Shown here piece by piece: positions 58,822 to 64,000 of a DNA stretch of 64,000 nt. Within the stretch, counting starts at the first letter, position 1; each line of letters begins with the position of its first letter. This stretch comes from Nemertoderma westbladi (taxonomy: Eukaryota > Animalia > Xenacoelomorpha), in NCBI GenBank assembly GCA_032718475.1, contig JAUCBJ010007480.1, positions 1 through 64,000 on the forward strand, written 5' to 3'. The translations under genes and the position numbers were made by a program. A model generated the notes under the pieces. It had not been told where the DNA came from, did not search any database, and worked only from the letters and a program-made list of their open reading frames with translations.

Positions 58822-59869
58822 GTTTCAGTATATCAATACTATCGGCATAAGGTAAGTTTTAATATTTCTTACAAAGTGGGTCGCCTCCACGCCTAAAATA
58901 TATAATATATTACTTTATGAGTTTAACATAATATATCCAATAACATGAGTTAATTTATTTCTTTGTTGGTTAGGTAAATTAAATAATACAGTATGCGATC
59001 TTTAATTATTTTTGCTAGAAATTTTTTGCCTTTTTTGTATATTTGTGAATCGCTTCCCGTTTTATTTTTGTGTTATATTAAAAAAATATAATTATATACT
59101 GTATTACTTTTAAAACTCAAATTCCGCCTTTCATCAATCCACTGTGCGCATTTGGGTTGGGGTGGTGCAGTTGAGGGTGGTGCAGAAGAGGTAGGATTGG
59201 GGATAGAGTGCAGGATTGGGAAGGGGGGGGGGGGGGGGGGGGCTTTATTCCCCTCTCTTTGATTTATTGGTGTTTGGTTAAACTTATTAAATAGCGAGTT
59301 TTTGTGATACAGTAGAATCGCTCGATATTACTCTGTATCTCATAACTGAGACTCGTGCTGCGCGAAGGCCCCACGAACGTGGTATACCGGCTTATCAATA
59401 AACCACAACTCCCTATCTACCATAGCTTTACCGAGACTATCCTCATCTCCAAGGTAGAGTGTCCTTTAAGAAGCGTTTTAAGAAAATCATGGACTGTCCA
59501 CCATGCTATATTATCTCCATGTTTTTTCTCCAAGCACAAGATTGTGTACAGGCTGGTTCTTACGGCGAAAACAAAGTTTTGCAAAGCGGCGGCGGCTTTG
59601 TTGAAGTGCCAAGCTTGGGGGAATTAACCAATGATACACCTCCAATGTTGTTACAGCATACATAGTGCTGGTTTGGTGAGATATGTGTGCATTGTACAGT
59701 ACTTGACACAGTGAACCCGGTGTGTACCATTCTTGCGAATGTGTCATCCAGAGATTTGGTGTCATTAGCAGTTAAAGCCCGCAGCCACACCCCTCGCCAA
59801 AATTGGAAATCCACTTTGGAAAATCACCATGGACCATGTTTTGCATGGTTATCAACCAGATCAAGACAA

Positions 59870-61615
59870 ACCGAAAAATTGTGTTTTTAAAATATTATGA
59901 CATATTCCGGCATTTTTCATTTTTTGAAAAAATACCGGGACTTTTCAAAATTATGAGCCTGAAAAAATTAAACCACCATGTCCAATTGTTATTCAAAAGT
60001 GAGAGCAAGGTTTAGAAAAACCCACAAGTAGTATTTTTTAAATATTCTGTCCTGGTTTTCGAAATATCGGCATTTTCATTTTTTCAAATAATGCTGGAGG
60101 CGCTTTTCAAAATTATGTGCCGGAAAAAAATTAAATCACCATGTCCAATTGTTATTCAAGAGTGAAAGTTCATCGTAGTGACTAACTAAATACAATCAAT
60201 GCCACCGCACCCCCACAACCCCCTCACGAAAACCTCCGATAACTGCCTCTGTTCGCGCTTTTAGACCTTTAGCAGTTTAACCTGCCAATTTTAGTTGTCC
60301 TCTTGTTTATAAATCGACTTTAGCCTATATCAATTACCTAGTGTACTGAAGTTACATCAGCCGAAGCCAGTCCGTGCGCGGCGTATGACCCACGGTGTGG
60401 GAGACTGGATTCGGATTCCTTGAGAGTTATTGCAGTGTAGACCTACTGTATTATTCGATTGATCGCTACTATATAATCTCTGACAAATATATTTACTTTC
60501 GGGGAAATATTAACAGTTCCTTTAGGACGTGGCGCTTTAAGTATAAAAACAGAGTTATGACTTATACTAATCACAACTAGATGGCCACAGAGTTTCGTAA
60601 ATAGCGCATTCTTTAGGAGATGCTTTATTAACCTTCACACTACTTCACACGACTTCACACTACTTTCACTAGTTCGCACTAATCTGCCGACCGTCACAGA
60701 ATTTGATCATATATAAGGAGGATTGCAATTGACACACGTAGGGATTATGAAATAGCATTTAATTCACACAAAACCACTATAATTTAAGTCGCAGTTGCTA
60801 CCGGTAAACTCTATTCCTCTTACCTCAGTAATCAATAAGATTGAGGGGTTTATGGTTATTTATCGGTATTTTCCAAATATAACATCAATATCCATTAATA
60901 TAACAACAATTAATACTATAAAACAGAAGTAAAATAATGCGGTGAACAGTCAGTATGTGTTAATGAATTGAGTATGAAAGTCAGGCAGTCAGGTGTGAGC
61001 CGGTGAGCCGGATAATAGATTTACGTTCTTATATTCAAAGCCATCTGATGTTCCTAGGCTAAAGTCTGAAACTTCCACACAGAAGCACAGAAAATTCCGA
61101 GCTGGCTCTGATGCTCAGAAAATGTAAACAAAGACCGTAATGCATTGCGCGAGTTTCCATAGGTTTCTGTTAGACATAAAGTGAAAATTGCTCTGATTGG
61201 CTGAATAAGGCAGAACAAAGATAACCTCCACGTCCACAAAGAATCAGCTGACAGATTTCGTCATTTTGGTTCTAATTCCTTCCCGTCGCGTAGTTGGATA
61301 AATTTAGGGCTATTTTAGAGTATTCTGCGCATTGCGTAAAAATGACTTGTTATGTACGCAAAAGCTTTTACAGCCTCCGCCACACTAGGCCTACTGTACT
61401 TCCCCAGATAGATGTTATATCGCTCCCTCCCCTCCCCCACCCCCCATCCCTACGGTTTTTCTTGACCTGACAAATAAGTTGACATATAAATTAATCATTA
61501 AATTTTTCAGGCTCAAAATTTTGAAAAGTGCCGTTATTTTTTCAAAAAATGAAAAATGCCGATATCTCGTAAACCAAACGACAGAATATTTTAAAAATAC
61601 TATTTTTGGGTTTAT
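59870..61615. repeat. Inverted/tandem repeat-bearing element interrupted by a solo LTR
   Basis: CGGCATTTTTCATTTTTTGAAAAAATA..TTTTCAAAATT.TGAGCCTGAAAAA units at ~59905 and ~60065; inverted copy at ~61500-61610. Confidence 0.45.
60250..61372. mobile_element. Solo LTR of a related BEL family
   Basis: TGTTCGCGCTTT...AAAAGCTTTTACA, colinear with but diverged from the 40228 LTR; 5-bp TSD GCCTC on both sides. Confidence 0.9.
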
Positions 61616-63406
61616 CCCCTAGTAGCACATAACGTTCACACACAGCTTTTGGACGTTGAGAACATGTCCACTCCATAAACGTCGCACATACTGTACCAGA
61701 TTTCAACGTTCTAAATTAGTCTCCATATAATAACTCCTATATGGTGTTGGTGTTTCAACTGAAAAGTAACGTTCATTAATGGTATCAGTTAATTTTCCGT
61801 TAATGTTCTTGAACGTTTGAATGGCGTCCTACGCATTAACCAGTTCAATTTGAGTTCAGAAACTGAAAAGTAGGATTTGTAAATGCAAGTTATATTTCCG
61901 TTAGCTATTGTGAACGTTTCAATAATGTTTATTATCCAATAAAAATTATCCAGTTCAATTTCAGTTCAGATATTTTTAAAATTGTCATTCAAAAAATGTC
62001 CAAACTATGTTTTTCATAACCGTAGTTCAATAGCGGTTCAATACTAAACATTTTCCGTTCAAAATAATAATTATCTGAACGAGAAACTTTCCCACGCTAT
62101 GGGAACGAGTGTCTGTGATGAGTCATACAATTACAGGCAATACTAGAACAGCCCAAGTATGATGTAAAATAGTGGCATATTGGTTCATACATAACTCAGG
62201 AGCAAAGTATACAATACTGTAGTACTGTACAACGGTGTAATATACTGTAACATAGTGCATTGTATAACTGTAATTTAAATTAATTTCTGTTTCGTCTCAA
62301 TTATTTGCTGTATATTTTTATAGCGGCATGGGGCACATACAGTACGGCATGAGGTACATACATTCAACATGTGAACAGTGCGAAGATCGAGGTCAATTTT
62401 GTGATGCTTTTCAACAGTATCGGGAGTCGGGACCAATAATAAACGCCGCCATCCATCAAAGACACTAAAAAGGTGATTCTTTCAAATTGTATTTTTAGTT
62501 AATAATTTAATTTCTAATCGAATATACAGTATGACACAACTTTACAGTTATTAGCTTAAAATATGAACTTTAATTTATCACTTTATTGTATCAATGAGCG
62601 GTACTGCATGTAATTTAATTCGAAGATTGTTGTAATAAAAAGATAAGATTGATGCAAAAAAATATCATTGAATAAATATACATTTTTTAAATTGATCCAA
62701 TTTACATAATACTGTAATAAGTACCTGATAGTAATAAAAGTACGGTATTATATAAAGTGATAATATAAAATACCTAAATAATAATAGGCCTATAAAGTAA
62801 TTATAAAATAATGAAATTTGTTGTGCATCTTTAAACAAATAATAAAATAATACATAGAAACTAAATAACGGCACCTGATATCGAAGGACTTCAAAAGTAC
62901 ATAACGAAAGGGACTACATAATTTATTATAAACACAAAAAACATAGAAAATAATTCATGAAAGCAACAGATAATTGAAAATCTAATACCAGAAATAGATT
63001 CTCCATAATTTTTTACCGCAGAATGTACATGTTTATCATTCAAATTGGTTACAGGTAACATAAACAACATGCTGACATGGACTTCGCTAGCGAAGTCTGG
63101 ATTTACCATGTACCAGTCCTTGCTTCAGTCGTCCTTCAGTCCTTGGCCTAAACAAAAGAATTATTTGCAGTTCTCATACATACCAGCATACCACAGTACA
63201 GCAGTACTGCAGTACCAGCATTCAGTCGCACCTCTACCTGCCAGCCTGCTGACCTGTACCGTACCCGGTGCCAGTTCGGTAGGCGTACCTACACCCTGAC
63301 ACCTACAGTGTGACAGTACCGGTATAGACGGATAGAGCGCAAGAGTGGTACCGTACTGCCGTATACCAAAACCGCTACGGTACCAGCAGACCGGTAAAAT
63401 ACTGAA

Positions 63407-63537
63407 ATGGCAATGTATGATAGATTTTATGGTGGATACCGTGTATTTGTTGGCGATCTAAGCTCTCGAGTCACTAAAAGTGATTTGGAACGTGAACTGG
63501 AAACTTTCGGATCTTTGATTGACGTTTGGGTTGCAAG
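63407..63537 (+). CDS. First coding exon of an SRSF3/SRSF7-like RRM splicing factor
   Basis: MAMYDRFYGGYRVFVGDLSSRVTKSDLERELETFGSLIDVWVAR, then GT donor at 63538; RNP2 motif and VWVAR are typical of the family; too short for the ORF track. Confidence 0.82.
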
Positions 63538-64000
63538 GTTTGTTTTGTTAATTTGTATGTTTACAGTTTAATGTTCAGCTTCAAACTGTCAAATATCAGA
63601 CATTACTGGATTAATCAGCCTACTGCATTAATCAGTTATACCGGTACCGGTACCGGTAGCATTCAGGCATTACTACTGTACTACAGATACAGTACTAGCA
63701 TTAGACTATCTGTCTATTAGCTGATTAGAGATTAGGGCCTACTGTCTGACTGTACTGTGTTACATGCTGACAGGTCAGCAAGTGTGGCTGTGGGTAGGGC
63801 CTATACTGTTATCGATAGGGCTGTAGCCTGTAGGGCCTATCAGCATCAGGCAGTCAGGTGCAGAGGTAAGGGTACCGGTCTGCCGGTATAATGTCAATTT
63901 TTATCAGCTTCCCGCTGGAAGGGCCCTTTCCAGCTTCCACGTTGTTTGAGTTTTAAAGATATTTCTGTATTTGGCATTGACTAGGCCTAGCTCAGTAGCT

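Noticed and set aside
59355-59890. Cluster of short overlapping ORFs
   Set aside because: No recognisable domain; probably the interior of a repeat
62665-63109. Hydrophobic minus-strand ORFs as a membrane protein gene
   Set aside because: Hydrophobicity is explained by AT-rich composition; no family motif

Overview
AT-rich animal (probably invertebrate) genomic DNA dominated by nested mobile elements. Positions 1140-35618 hold an 'outer' Polinton/Maverick-type element. It has an AGTAGTAG terminus and ~530-bp TIRs, and encodes a protein-primed DNA polymerase B, a TATA-binding-protein (TBP)-like gene and a PC4-like repeat protein. No integrase, capsid, ATPase or protease gene is recognisable in it. 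Its polymerase gene is split by a second, complete-layout but decayed 18.8-kb Polinton (6328-25130, 6-bp TSD ACCATA). The inner element encodes pPolB, integrase-chromodomain, packaging ATPase, major capsid, two minor capsids, an adenain-like protease, a RING protein, and its own TBP-like and PC4-like genes. An array of tRNA B-box-like motifs follows the outer TBP gene. Downstream are an intronless clan-2 cytochrome P450 with a 5' frameshift and a 13.3-kb BEL/Pao LTR element with intact Gag-protease, no RT or integrase, and a possible self-priming PBS. Further on are a foldback palindrome, three Helentron-associated (HINE-like) repeats, a related solo LTR, and a coding exon of an SRSF3/7-like gene. 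The main candidate for new biology is the TBP + PC4 (+ B-box array) module shared by a full Polinton and a capsid-less, integrase-less relative. All protein family calls come from motif recognition by eye.
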